NCBI RefSeq assembly: GCF_008831285.2
Contig: NC_045138.2
Coordinates: 39,866,001 to 39,930,000 of the forward strand
Source of the DNA: Nymphaea colorata
Taxonomy: Eukaryota
Direction: 5' to 3'
Length of the DNA stretch: 64,000 nucleotides
How positions within the stretch are numbered: the stretch's first letter is position 1; each line of letters opens with the position of its first letter. The notes beneath the pieces were generated by a model that worked only from the letters and a program-made list of their open reading frames with translations, was not told where the DNA came from and ran no database searches. This document shows positions 25,930 to 36,836 of the stretch, piece after piece. Both the position numbers and the translations under genes were made by a program.

Positions 25930-27600
25930 TTAAGAGTCCCAAATTGGACCAAACGCCGGAACTCCTGCATTCTTGCATGCGTTTACCACGTCCCTGCTGC
26001 CTTCTGGGTTGCTTGTCACGATCACAACCTCCGGGCTCCATTTCTCGGCAGCTTTCAGCACCAACTCGCCGATGTTCGGCCGACCGAGAACCGCAGTGTC
26101 GTGGATGATCATCTTCTCCTTAGGGTATGAATTCACCATGGACATGATCTCCTCTCCAAAGTTCTGCTCCATCCCTTTGGCTACCCACACCAGGTAAACA
26201 TCAGCCTGGCTCCGCTGAAGAAGGAAGGAGAGAAACACGCAGAGACCCGACCCTGTGGCCACTAGTAGCACCCTGTTGTACATGTTCACAAGGTAGGGCA
26301 GGCCGGCGAAGTGCACCCCACGAACCCAGAGTTGGCTCGGTGGGTTCGAGACCAGGCCCCTGGTGAAGTCCCCAACCGCACCAGCCAGCATCATGTGCTC
26401 CTTCTTCCCGTCGGATATGATTCCGAAGGCATGCCAATCGGAGAGCGGCGACCGAGCTATCCGGCCAAGGATTCCGGCCTTCATGCCGCCGGAGAACTTG
26501 ACGATGCTTGCATGGTTCGTCGGTGCGTGGACCCTCACCGCCACTCGTTTCACAGTGAGCCATGGAAGGATGATAAGCACGGTTATGGCGAGGGTGAACC
26601 AGAACTCCTGGGTCTTGATCAGCTTGGAAGAATTAAAAGAGTACGAATTGGAAGATGGCTGGTAGGAGACAGTAAGAAAGACGAAGGCCCAGACGAGAGC
26701 GAGGGCAGTCCAGCCGGCGAACCGGTGGATTCCTTCGAACACATTATGGTGGAGGTGGCGAACTAAGGGGAAGGCAGCCAAGGCAGAGAGAAACAAGAGA
26801 ACAAGTATGGTGAAGGCCACTCCAAGGGTAGCCGAAGATGTGTTGCTTCGATCTTTGAGAGAAAGAACAAGAGCATAGACGAGCCAGGCGATAGAAGCGA
26901 CGCCGCAACTGCTGTGTATACCTCCGAGGGATTGCAGAAGGGAAGTGGTCGCGGTTTTCAGGCTCAGGGGAACCCACGGCCTCCCCAACAACTTCACCGT
27001 CAGCCAGAAAACGATTCTCAAGAATGCTTCGCTTCGGCGTAGCGTTAGGGCGAGGATGTTGGCGACTGAGAAGAGGGCGGCGCGGTTTCTCGCATAAGGG
27101 AAGTTTCCGGTGGCCGTCAGTATTAACATGAGGAGATTGATCGTCAAAGAGACGACGAAGAGGCGCTTGTAGACTGTGAACAAGTCTTGGTCGAGCAGTA
27201 TAACTGAGAGCCTTGACGACGAGGTTTTTCTGGTAGCAGCATTCGTTTGCTTCGCTCCAGCAACCGTCACTGCGACCCGTTTGTCTTCGGCAATATGCGC
27301 CGGATTCTCTAAATCGACGATGACGGACTGCTCCTGATCACCTCCGTCGGCTACGAATTGATCAGCTTCCACGTCACAGAAGTGGCTGCTGGGTCGGCTT
27401 ATGGAGCGAGCAACGGCGCTTCGGAAGGGTAACACCTGGCTGAAAGTGGAGGTGAACTTCGTCGGAAGCCATGCCGACGGGCCGTCGATGTTATCCATCG
27501 GCGGCTTGATGGAGGGGGGGCTGTCCCTAGGTGGTGTGATCTCAAAGGGTACACCTCGGCAGCTGGAGAACCTTGCAATCGCTTCCTGCTGGTTCTCCAC
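25930..27600 (-). CDS. Intronless ferric-reductase/NOX-fold membrane flavocytochrome (adenylate-forming reductase C-terminal-like), copy A; codon 1 is GTG, first in-frame ATG at 27498
   Basis: 556-codon open frame with several TM helices, GGIH, HHNVFEGIHRFAGW, WHAFGIIS, GDFT, VATGSG, GRPN, GPIWDS. Confidence 0.8.
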   Translation of the reverse strand: MENQQEAIARFSSCRGVPFEITPPRDSPPSIKPPMDNIDGPSAWLPTKFTSTFSQVLPFRSAVARSISRPSSHFCDVEADQFVADGGDQEQSVIVDLENPAHIAEDKRVAVTVAGAKQTNAATRKTSSSRLSVILLDQDLFTVYKRLFVVSLTINLLMLILTATGNFPYARNRAALFSVANILALTLRRSEAFLRIVFWLTVKLLGRPWVPLSLKTATTSLLQSLGGIHSSCGVASIAWLVYALVLSLKDRSNTSSATLGVAFTILVLLFLSALAAFPLVRHLHHNVFEGIHRFAGWTALALVWAFVFLTVSYQPSSNSYSFNSSKLIKTQEFWFTLAITVLIILPWLTVKRVAVRVHAPTNHASIVKFSGGMKAGILGRIARSPLSDWHAFGIISDGKKEHMMLAGAVGDFTRGLVSNPPSQLWVRGVHFAGLPYLVNMYNRVLLVATGSGLCVFLSFLLQRSQADVYLVWVAKGMEQNFGEEIMSMVNSYPKEKMIIHDTAVLGRPNIGELVLKAAEKWSPEVVIVTSNPEGSRDVVNACKNAGVPAFGPIWDS

Positions 27601-29208
27601 TATGTGTGCTCAGCCCTCTTGCTTTTACGCTGCAGAGTTAAACTGCTCTCCTGGTTGTTGGTGAATGAAAGACTTGGGTGGTGCTTGGATTTACTTGAAG
27701 TGGCGTTCACCAATGGTTTCGTCCCTAGGTGTCGTTGTGGAAGACGGAGACGACCTCCGCCGGTGCAACTTTAAAAAGTCAATGGATCATCTACTGAGAA
27801 AAAGTCAGCCCGACGTCGGAACTAAAGAATTTGGGTTCCACTAATTTAAAAATATTTTAGCATGTTTCATCAAAGCCTCAAATTTTAAAAAGTCAGCTGA
27901 TTGATATCCACACGTAACGCATGTGTTACCCGTGGAAGTGACGTTAGTTTACGTTCATGAATCTGCTTCAATTTTTTTTTTTTAGATTTTAAATAGGTTA
28001 TGATGTCAAACAAACTCATAAATCAGTCAATTAATGTATCTTTGTTGTTCTTTCAAAGGCGAAGTTTGTCCTTCTTGCTTAATTGTTGCTTACTTATTTT
28101 TAAGTTTATGGCTACAACAAAGTCTTGTTAACTTGAATGGTTATCCCTTTGCTTGTCTTGACATGTCGAAAGTAAATTCCGAGACTACGTTGCATGCGCC
28201 ATCCAGGCATATGATGCACACGCATCAATGTACCGCACTGTAGCCATTTTTAACAATGAATTGGAGATTTTTGGGACTTCAATCTTTTCCACGTCCAAAG
28301 ATAAGAGGGCTTTTTTTCAACAACAACAGTTTTCCCTTCATTAACCATTATATATCTTCCAAGTAGTTTGTCAATGTATAAAAATACTTTGTTCAAAACA
28401 ATTGATGCTATAATTATCTCCAAAGGAATTGACACAATAGAATCGGATAGGAGTTGATGGGCGACTAGTTTCTATTTTGAATCTTAACTCATTGTATTAT
28501 ATATTAGGAGCCACCGATGTACAAATTGAAGCGCAGAAGGAGTGGTATCTCAAGGTATCAAAGAAGTCTGTATACTCTAAGGCTTTAGTTTTTTTAGAAA
28601 GAGAAGGTCAAACCCTACTTGACAAAGATGATATAAGATCAAGCATTTCACAAGAGTGGAAAGTCCAAAGAATCTAATGCACTCTTTCCTTCTGCTGTGC
28701 GTCGGCTAAGAATAACTTCACGTTTTTTGTTTTTCCAAAAGCTTGTTGAAACAGTGTAAGCCATAAAGGCCTTTATCTTGGCCTCCACGTCCACGGTTAA
28801 TTTTAACTTGCACCGAAGCATTTGGTGCCAAATTAATGACATCTTGCTCTGCCCCATAAGGAACATACGACTATGAGAATCCCGGCAAAAACTCACCTTT
28901 CAATCTAACTTGATAAGGCAAATTTTACTTGTCCTTAATGAGATTGAATCTGTCCGTGGTGATATAAAACAGGACAATATAAGTTGTATCTTTTGCTTTC
29001 AATGTCCAATAAAAAAAAAAATGAAATTATATTTTTCAAATTTAAAAGATGAAAAATATGGTCTGCAATAAAGCGCGTCCACGAATACTATTTGCAAATG
29101 ATCATTTTAACTATTTTTTTTAATAAAATTGTGGCGCTCAAAGATCCCGTGGAGTGATTTGACAATGGGGGAGCGATGAAATTTTTTTATTATAAACGAG
29201 CATAACCG

Positions 29209-29330
29209 GGCATTAATGGGACACTTTTTCTATATGACTCAAAGGACGGAAAACAACTTGCATTAATGGGACACTTTTTCTATATGACTCAAAGGGCATT
29301 AATGGGACACTTTTTTTATATGACTCAAAA
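29209..29330. repeat. Three copies of gcattaatgggacactttttctatatgactcaaa
   Basis: Seen at ~29209, 29260 and 29296; single copy in unit B at ~40740. Confidence 0.9.
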
Positions 29331-30237
29331 TTTTTATGTAAAACAATTAAAATTTTTTAAAAATTTATATGTAATTTTTTTTTAAAAAAATTGAAGTGAG
29401 GCCAAGATCCATGTTGGCTTCACCCGTGAATGGATGCAAGGATACAACGAAAAAAGACAAGCGGCAGAGTAGAAGCAAGAAACGAAATCGAACAGCCAAG
29501 GAGGGCTAGATACAATTAGGTAGATCCTTAAGCTTGAACAGTCAATCTAGAACAAGTAGAAGCAATGCGAGATTCAAATGAATGGTCGTTAGAAAAGGAA
29601 GATGAGATATTTTATCAAATTCACATTTTTTTCATACTTCTCTTTCAATGCGATGTGTCCTACACTTGTTACATTGCATACAATGTACGCAACCACGGAG
29701 ATCTAAAAGAAGAAAATAATATTCGACCTAAACTTTTTCAAAACAGTGCGGATACCAACAATGATCGAGAGTGATCAGATCTACCTCCTAACGTTGACTA
29801 CGCTTTTTGATTCGATATCTGATCCTGCAGGTGCCTTGAGCTCTTCTCATGGCAATGGCAGCATGAGCTCTGTTTCAAGCTGCTGATTGTTGACCATCAA
29901 GTTCAGAATTTGTCTTTATATTGTCAGACACGTAAATGGTCTACGACGGCTTGGTTTTAGTTTGCTGGCACCAAGCTACAACTGGGTTTAGATCAACGCT
30001 CATTCGGAAACTTCGACTTTGTCTGGTGTGTCCTTTTGTGAAATAAGATTAGGTGTATGGATCCGTTGAATTTATGTGAGTTAGCGTTTAAATCAAGTTT
30101 GCATTTCATTGTCATTTCTTCTGTTGCTGTAATATTTAAGGTTTGAGATTTTAATAAGCGCCATGCAGATCTTTCGATAGTTTATTTTGTTTTTGTCAAA
30201 TTCATTGAGCTGGTAGCTTATGCAAAGGGCTGTATCT

Positions 30238-30570
30238 GTAGATGTACAATGAGTCCAGCCCACTCGGGTTCTACTCGAACTTTGTCCGTGTAAACTCGAG
30301 CTCAAGTTATAAACGAGTCGATTCAACTTACGTGAGCTCAACTTGTTTAAACTCGACAAGTCAGTTTGTTCATCTTCAAGTGTATGTTGCTATGTTTTGA
30401 TGAATTTTAGTACCTTTTTTGTACTTTTTCATGTTCATTTAAAGAAAAGAAAATATATGAATCAAGTGACACATGCTTTAACCAGTCGAACTCAATCATG
30501 CCTCGTAAAGTTCCACTCAATATGTGACTTGCCCGGAGTTCGAGCTTGGGTCGCTGGTGTATAATCTTAG
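30238..30570. mobile_element. CTCGAG/GAGCTC-rich hAT-like MITE shared by both duplication units (partner ~41710-42062)
   Basis: Repeated ctcgag/gagctc/actcga motifs of the same type as 51637-52148. Confidence 0.5.
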
Positions 30571-31629
30571 CAGTACTGTATCATATAGGATTCTCTTTGG
30601 TTCTTTTTCCTTGTGGAGTCCTAGGCCAATCTCATAGCCCGGCCTTGAATTAAAGTCTTATCCCAAGAGGCATCTCTGCAGTTTCCTTTCCTTTCTTGAC
30701 AAAGAAGAAGAAGGTGGTAGAGGATCTTGATTTGTTCATTTTTACTCTATCTGTGCTTGAATTTGGATGTCATCGCAAGATCCTTATTGGATTAGGATTT
30801 GCTCATAACTATTTATATTAAAGTTTGTGTGTTTTTGCAGCAGCTTCGCTTAAATAATGAAATTTTAGTGGGCTTTAACCCCCTTAGATATTAGAGTTTT
30901 CTCTAGACCCATGGCTGGACAAATATGCTTCCAATAATTTAACCGAAAGTTACCAAAGTTGGATGCTGAGAAACAACCAGTCTAATATGGTGGATTCTTC
31001 TCAAAAAGGTGACCCTTTGTAAAGATCCAAATTATTGGACGGTATGGGTAATCTTTTGATATCTTTGGCTGTGCCGAATTCCAATCCATTAGTCCATTTA
31101 CTTTACAACCCGTTCAATCACAACTTGTTTCCTCCCTTTATTTAGCAATGCTTCACTCCTTTTGGTGTCGCCTCCAGTCAGTCTGCTCGGGATATCCAGG
31201 CGATCGGGCCTGAGCAGTTCGAACGTTGAACGTCGGCGGAGATGCCGCCGGCCGCCGGGCGAACTTATGAACACTGACACCGGAATATCGTGAGCAATCA
31301 TTTCTTCATTTTTCTCAAGTCGGGCTTGTTGGAATCGCCGGATGTCGTCTAAGCAACATGATGACCAGAGACAGCTGGAGAAGCCGCTGGAGACGCGTTG
31401 AATCTGGTTCACCGGAAAACGCGATCGCTTGAAACAGGGAGGGGTGAACTCGATCGAATCCCGACTGTCGATAGATGGAACGGCTTGGGGTCGCCTCCAG
31501 TCTGCTTGGGATACCCGAGCGACCTGGCCTGAGCAGTTCGAAATCGTCGGAAATGGATGGGAAGCTCCGCTCGGATGGCCTTGGGCTTCCACCAGGACGA
31601 TCGAAGCAGAAGCATAGGGAGGAGACAAA

Positions 31630-32433
31630 ACCTTCAATCCCTCGGAGGTCTGCACAGCAGTTGCGGCGTCGTCTGGCTCGTCTATGCTCTCGTTCTTTCT
31701 CGATCGAAGCAACATCTTCGGCCAGGCTTGGATTGGCCTTCCCCGCACTTGCTCTCTTGGTCCTCCCTGCCTCGGCTACCTTTCCCGTCGTTCGCCACCC
31801 CCACCATAATGTATTCGAAGGAACCGACCGATTCGCCGGTTGGACTACTCTAGCTCTCCTCTGGGCCTTAGTCTTTTTCTTTCACCGTCTCCTACCAGCC
31901 ATCTTCCATTTCGTACTCTTTTAAATCTTCCAAGTTGATCAAGACCCAGGAGTTCTGGTTCACCCTCCCCATAACCGTGCTTATCATCCTAACGAGTCAC
32001 GGATAGCATGGTCGCCTTTCTCCGATTGGCACGCGTTCCGAATCATATCGGACGGGAAGAAGGAGCACCGAGTCAACTCTGGATTCGTCGGGTGCACTTC
32101 GCCGGGCCGCCATACCTTGTGAACATGTACAAGAAGGTGCTCCTAGTGGCCACAGGGTCTGGTCTCTGCGTGTTTCTCCTTCCTGCTGCAGCTGAGCCAG
32201 GCTGATGTTTACCTGGTGTGGGTAGCCCAAGGGATAGAGAAAGAACTTTAGGGAGGAGATCATGTCCATGGTGAATTCATACCTAAAACGTCGCCGAGTT
32301 GGTGCTGAAAGCAGTTGAGAAATGGAGCCCGGAGGTGGTGATGGTGACAAGCAACCCAGAAGGAAGCAGGGACGTGGTGAACGCATGCAAGAATGCAGGT
32401 ATTCCGGCGTTTGGTCCAATTTGGGACTCTTAG
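31630..32433 (+). pseudogene. Inverted, 5'-truncated pseudogene of the reductase family
   Basis: LQSLGGLHSSCG, VRHPHHNVFEGTDRFAGW, KTQEFWFTL, VHFAGPPYLVNMYKKVLLVATGSG, ends AFGPIWDS-TAG at 32431-32433; several deletions and frameshifts. Confidence 0.93.
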
Positions 32434-32789
32434 AAGCATTCACCGCGTGCAATGAATCCCTCTGCACCGTTCCAACTTTTTGGAATGCCGTTCGAGCATG
32501 GAGTTTTGAAGTTGTCTCCTTTGGATGGTGGCTCTTGGACAATGGCGTCTGGTTTTCTTGATCCTCATAATACGTATCAGAAAACAAATCTCAACCCAAG
32601 TCGTTAGTTTTGTAATTTTTTTTGGCATTCTCGGTTTTGATGAATGAATATAACCCATACGTTGTGGCGTATTTACAATTCTTTGCATATTCATCATATA
32701 ACACCTTATAAAAAGTAACCGATTAATTATATGTATTTCCAATACTTTGTTTAAATGAAAGCTCAGACATATGCATAGCAAATGAATAA

Positions 32790-33125
32790 GGCAGAGCTGG
32801 TACCCAGTCTGATCTAGCCCGCGCCAGGTCCAAAAAAAACCAGCTTGGGCTTTGAAAAAAAAAAAAAACTGGTATGGATAGGCCCGATAATGTATTGCAG
32901 GCCTGGGTCGGCCAAACGGGTACCTGGTTCCGCCCGATTAAGATTTTAAATATTATTTTTAATTAATAATATATATTTTATTATTAAAAATATATTTTAT
33001 ATTTAAAATTTATTTTTTACTGTAACCGGTTTTGGGTATCGGCCTTGCACTCGAGCCCGAGTTTTGGACATCGAGTCGACCCGAACCTGAGGCTGGGCTG
33101 ACCCGACGCCTAGGCGGCTAGGCCT
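32790..33125. mobile_element. Probable MITE with acccg/cgggt repeats flanking an AT-rich core
   Basis: GC-rich cccg/cggg motif clusters on both sides of the 32940-33020 AT tract; TIR and TSD not resolved. Confidence 0.4.
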
Positions 33126-36100
33126 ATGTAGTGCAGGAGCTTGAACACAAGAACAGCGTGCAATCTTTCGATTGGAGACAACTACAGACAATAAACTACT
33201 CATAATTTTTAACAATCTCTTTTTCTCTTTTCCTTTTTTTCTTTTTGTGACCGTCAAGAACATGCAAAATAAATTACTCCAGTCAGTTCCAATAGCAGCG
33301 TTTGCTCATCCATGATCCAGGTATGAGTGTCCATCATTCACAATTTTTTATGACTCAACAGACAATTTTTTTTAAGTTTTTTTATTTTTATTATAATAAC
33401 TTGTTGAAAAGAATTTTTGTTTTATTTGCTAAGATGGACAGTTTCAAAGCGATATTTAGAAGCAGTGACATTATGTAATCAAGTTAAGCGTTTAACTTCT
33501 TTTAAGCAATAAACATGGAGACCCTATCTCCCGGCCAATTTTCACAGGAAGTGAAGCGTTTAAAGGTTTGATCTCAAAATATATACAATCACATTATGTT
33601 TACTAATCCAAGAATTTCATAATTGCGGTAGATATGTTTTGGGAACATGTATTCTAAAAGTACAATAATTTTCTTATCAAGCACTTGCTTTGAATGCTCA
33701 AAAAGGATCATAAATTAACCCATGAAATCCCTACAAATTTTGACTCGTTTTAAAACTTTTCATGTATTACCGATGGCTGCCTTACATATTTTTGACACGT
33801 GGCAGACGCAGGTGTGGGCACGTGCTAGCAGTTTTTCATGTAGGCCCATCAAAATACTTATTTTGATATTTGTACCTCAAAACTATTTTCTTTCATTAAA
33901 TAAAAAATTTGTTATATCATAATGGACCGCAATCTGTCCATTTGAATGGGCATGTATTACAAAACTTGTTATCACTGTTACGGCCCAATACACTGCTACT
34001 CTTATGAACTATAAAAGCTATTGTGAACCTGAGAGGTGAGGGGCATAATAGGCTAAAGTCTCCTTGCAGAACAGAGTAAAAACCCTAAAAGAACATTGCG
34101 GTTGCCTTTCGCCAATAGAGTTTGGTGTACAAGTTACTCATATGGAACCACATAATTGTTTCATATAATTATTTAGTTTGGTATGTATGTGGTGTCCCTC
34201 ATTTCTCATGTTAATGGCTCTCAGCTTCAAATTTCTAGCTGCAACAAGTTCAATTTAGTTTGAGATAAGTGTTTTTCTCTACCATTGTCAACAGCCAAGC
34301 TGAATCCGGTTATATGCATAGGCCTATGCGCAAATTCTGTTAAAGGTTGTGCACGGAGCACACCATACATGTACCCAGCTCTCCAAGCCAACACAACAAC
34401 CATACACGGTGGATGCCGTCTTCACCAATTGTGGTGCTCTCTTCAAACTTATGAGGCAACAACTATGTGGTTTGTCTCCACTAATTTTCTGCTTTCCAAT
34501 CAAAAGGAATGAAAATTCAAAGTCACTTTTTTCTTCCCTTCAACCTTTTAGTTGGCATTAGTCATTAAATGCTTGCTAAGCCATGGGACCTTTAGGCGTC
34601 TCACGCAAGAATTATTATTTCCAAGTGACTCCACTAGCGAAGGAGGGAGGAAAAAGAGGGTGAAATTGCTTGTGGAAAATCTTAATTTCTTCACTAACGA
34701 AAGTATCTTGGTTATATATATATATATATATATTATACACGCAAAGAAAAAAAAATAAAGCGCGACTTCTCGCAATCGTAGACTTATCAATGACTCTGAT
34801 TTTCTAGTCTATGTGACACCTTTTGAATGGAGATCGTGTTTAGTGAACAGGGCAACAAATATGCACCAAAGAAAGAAGGCGAGGGGTTGGAGTATTTTAG
34901 AAACTTAAAAAAAATATACATTTTAAACTTTAACTCTTTTCATAACCTCCTTTTGCCCTTTATAGATATTTATTATGCACAGTGATGTGCATGTAACCTG
35001 GTTTACTTTGAATGTTTAATGTCATGCACATAGTGGGAAGAAATACATAAATATATGGTTATAATGGTGTTGGTGTAAGTGAAGTTAGAGCGTATGGAAG
35101 GAGAATAGACATTGTAAGGTTTGAGGAATGCAACACTCTACTTGATTGGTATACAGTCTTCAACTTAAGTTGAGAAGTAGCCTCGGATTTGGTGGGCAAA
35201 GGGAATGGGTGAATGCAAAGGTTAGAGGTACAACAAAGAGATCGAAGCTCCCCTCTCCAGTATTCAAAATTGGTTTGAAACTTGCTTCTTTTTCATTTAT
35301 CAGAATGTAGTGCGTTCATGGTTTACAGTAGAAAAATAGCGCCCACAAGAATCAAATAACGATCGTACTTTTATAGATCCACCCACCATTCCTACCAACT
35401 CCACCATACCCGTGGAAGTAAAGTAAAGAAGGAATGCAATGTTCAATTAACTTGGTTTGTTAATCCCCACATCGAAGAAACCAAGAGCACGATGCATAAC
35501 TTGGTTATGTTAGTCGGGATCTTGAGCCGTTGATGTTGCCCTGACGTCAATGCCGGTCAACGAGAGCACGATGCATGACGACGCGAGGTTGCGTCAGCCC
35601 GCACGTCTTTTCCTTAGCCGTCTCCATTTATACGAACTGTGACGCCTAACCCAGCCAAAAGTATTATCTGCCATTACGTTTTTCAAAGAAAGCAGCACCA
35701 CTTGAAGTTTTCCGGCCAGGTTCCGGCTATCCCTTTGACAGGACAAAGTAATGGAAATCATAAGGACAAGCATTATATATATATATATACAGTACTGTCC
35801 TTATTTGTGAAAACTTAGCATTCATTTTGATTAATTTTATATAAAATTAATCTATAAAGTTTATTTCTGTCATAATTTTTTGTGAAGACAAATTGGAGTA
35901 CTTTGGGTTCATCTTATGATTGAATGTAAAAGAATAAGCCAAACAAAAAAGTCGAATGGCAGAATTCATGGACCTATTCTTCTGTCGGTATGCGTTTGCC
36001 AGCCCATAATGGTCGTCACACTTTTAAATAGCGACAGGTTGCTTTTGGAGATCTTTGAACTTGGGAAGATTTCTTTGGTTTGTTTAAAACTTCACCCTAT

Positions 36101-36836
36101 CTTTGAAATGGCTCCGATTTTAATGCTCATAAATGGTATATAATTTGTTCATTTTTAAATAAAATTTTTATATTTTTATTTGCCTTTTTTATATGTAAAC
36201 CTTTTCCTATGGTTTTTCACTTTAAAAATATACAATTGAAATTGAAGTGATTTGGAAAAGTTTTTGATTCCCATTTCATTCAACTGATTCTCTAACTTTT
36301 TTTTTTGTTAATAGGTTGAATTCATTTGACAGCTTAAAAAAAAAGTTCATCTCAACTCATATATGAAAAAGTATGAACCTATGTTAAAGTTTTCCTTCGT
36401 AAAAAGGTTGGTAACATCTTAAATCAAACTAACCATATTGGGGGACTTCGATCGATGCCAACCCGGCCAGCCTGGAGCTCCGGCTGTCATAAACAATACA
36501 AACACCTGTAAGATTGCTTCATGGCAGACAAATTCTCTAACAAGCAAGGATTCATTTGGAGTATAAGGAGTATGGCAGAAAATTGGAGTCATTTTAAACC
36601 AAAAAAAGTAGTACATAAAGAGAATTTTATTGTGTTTGATGGCTTATTTGTACAACACCAACAACATCCATGGACAGGTTATCCATGCCATCAAACAGCA
36701 TCTTAAGTCAAGCTACATTGAAGGCACGGTTGGACACCGTTACCAGCAAAACAACTTAGGCTCTATTTTTGCTGGTCATTCACACTATATTAGTTTCAAC
36801 GAGGATGGCCTCGTTTAACGTGAACCAGAGAGTGGA

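Larger units (their letters stand above)
25744..30917. repeat. Direct segmental duplication, unit A (partner 36650-42458)
   Basis: Colinear from tacaacacca.caacatc.atggaca to ttttctctagac.catggctg; includes the gene, its promoter and a shared MITE. Confidence 0.92.

Noticed and set aside
31098..31748. 216-aa minus-strand ORF
   Set aside because: Partly the antisense shadow of the reductase pseudogene; the remainder is unrecognisable.
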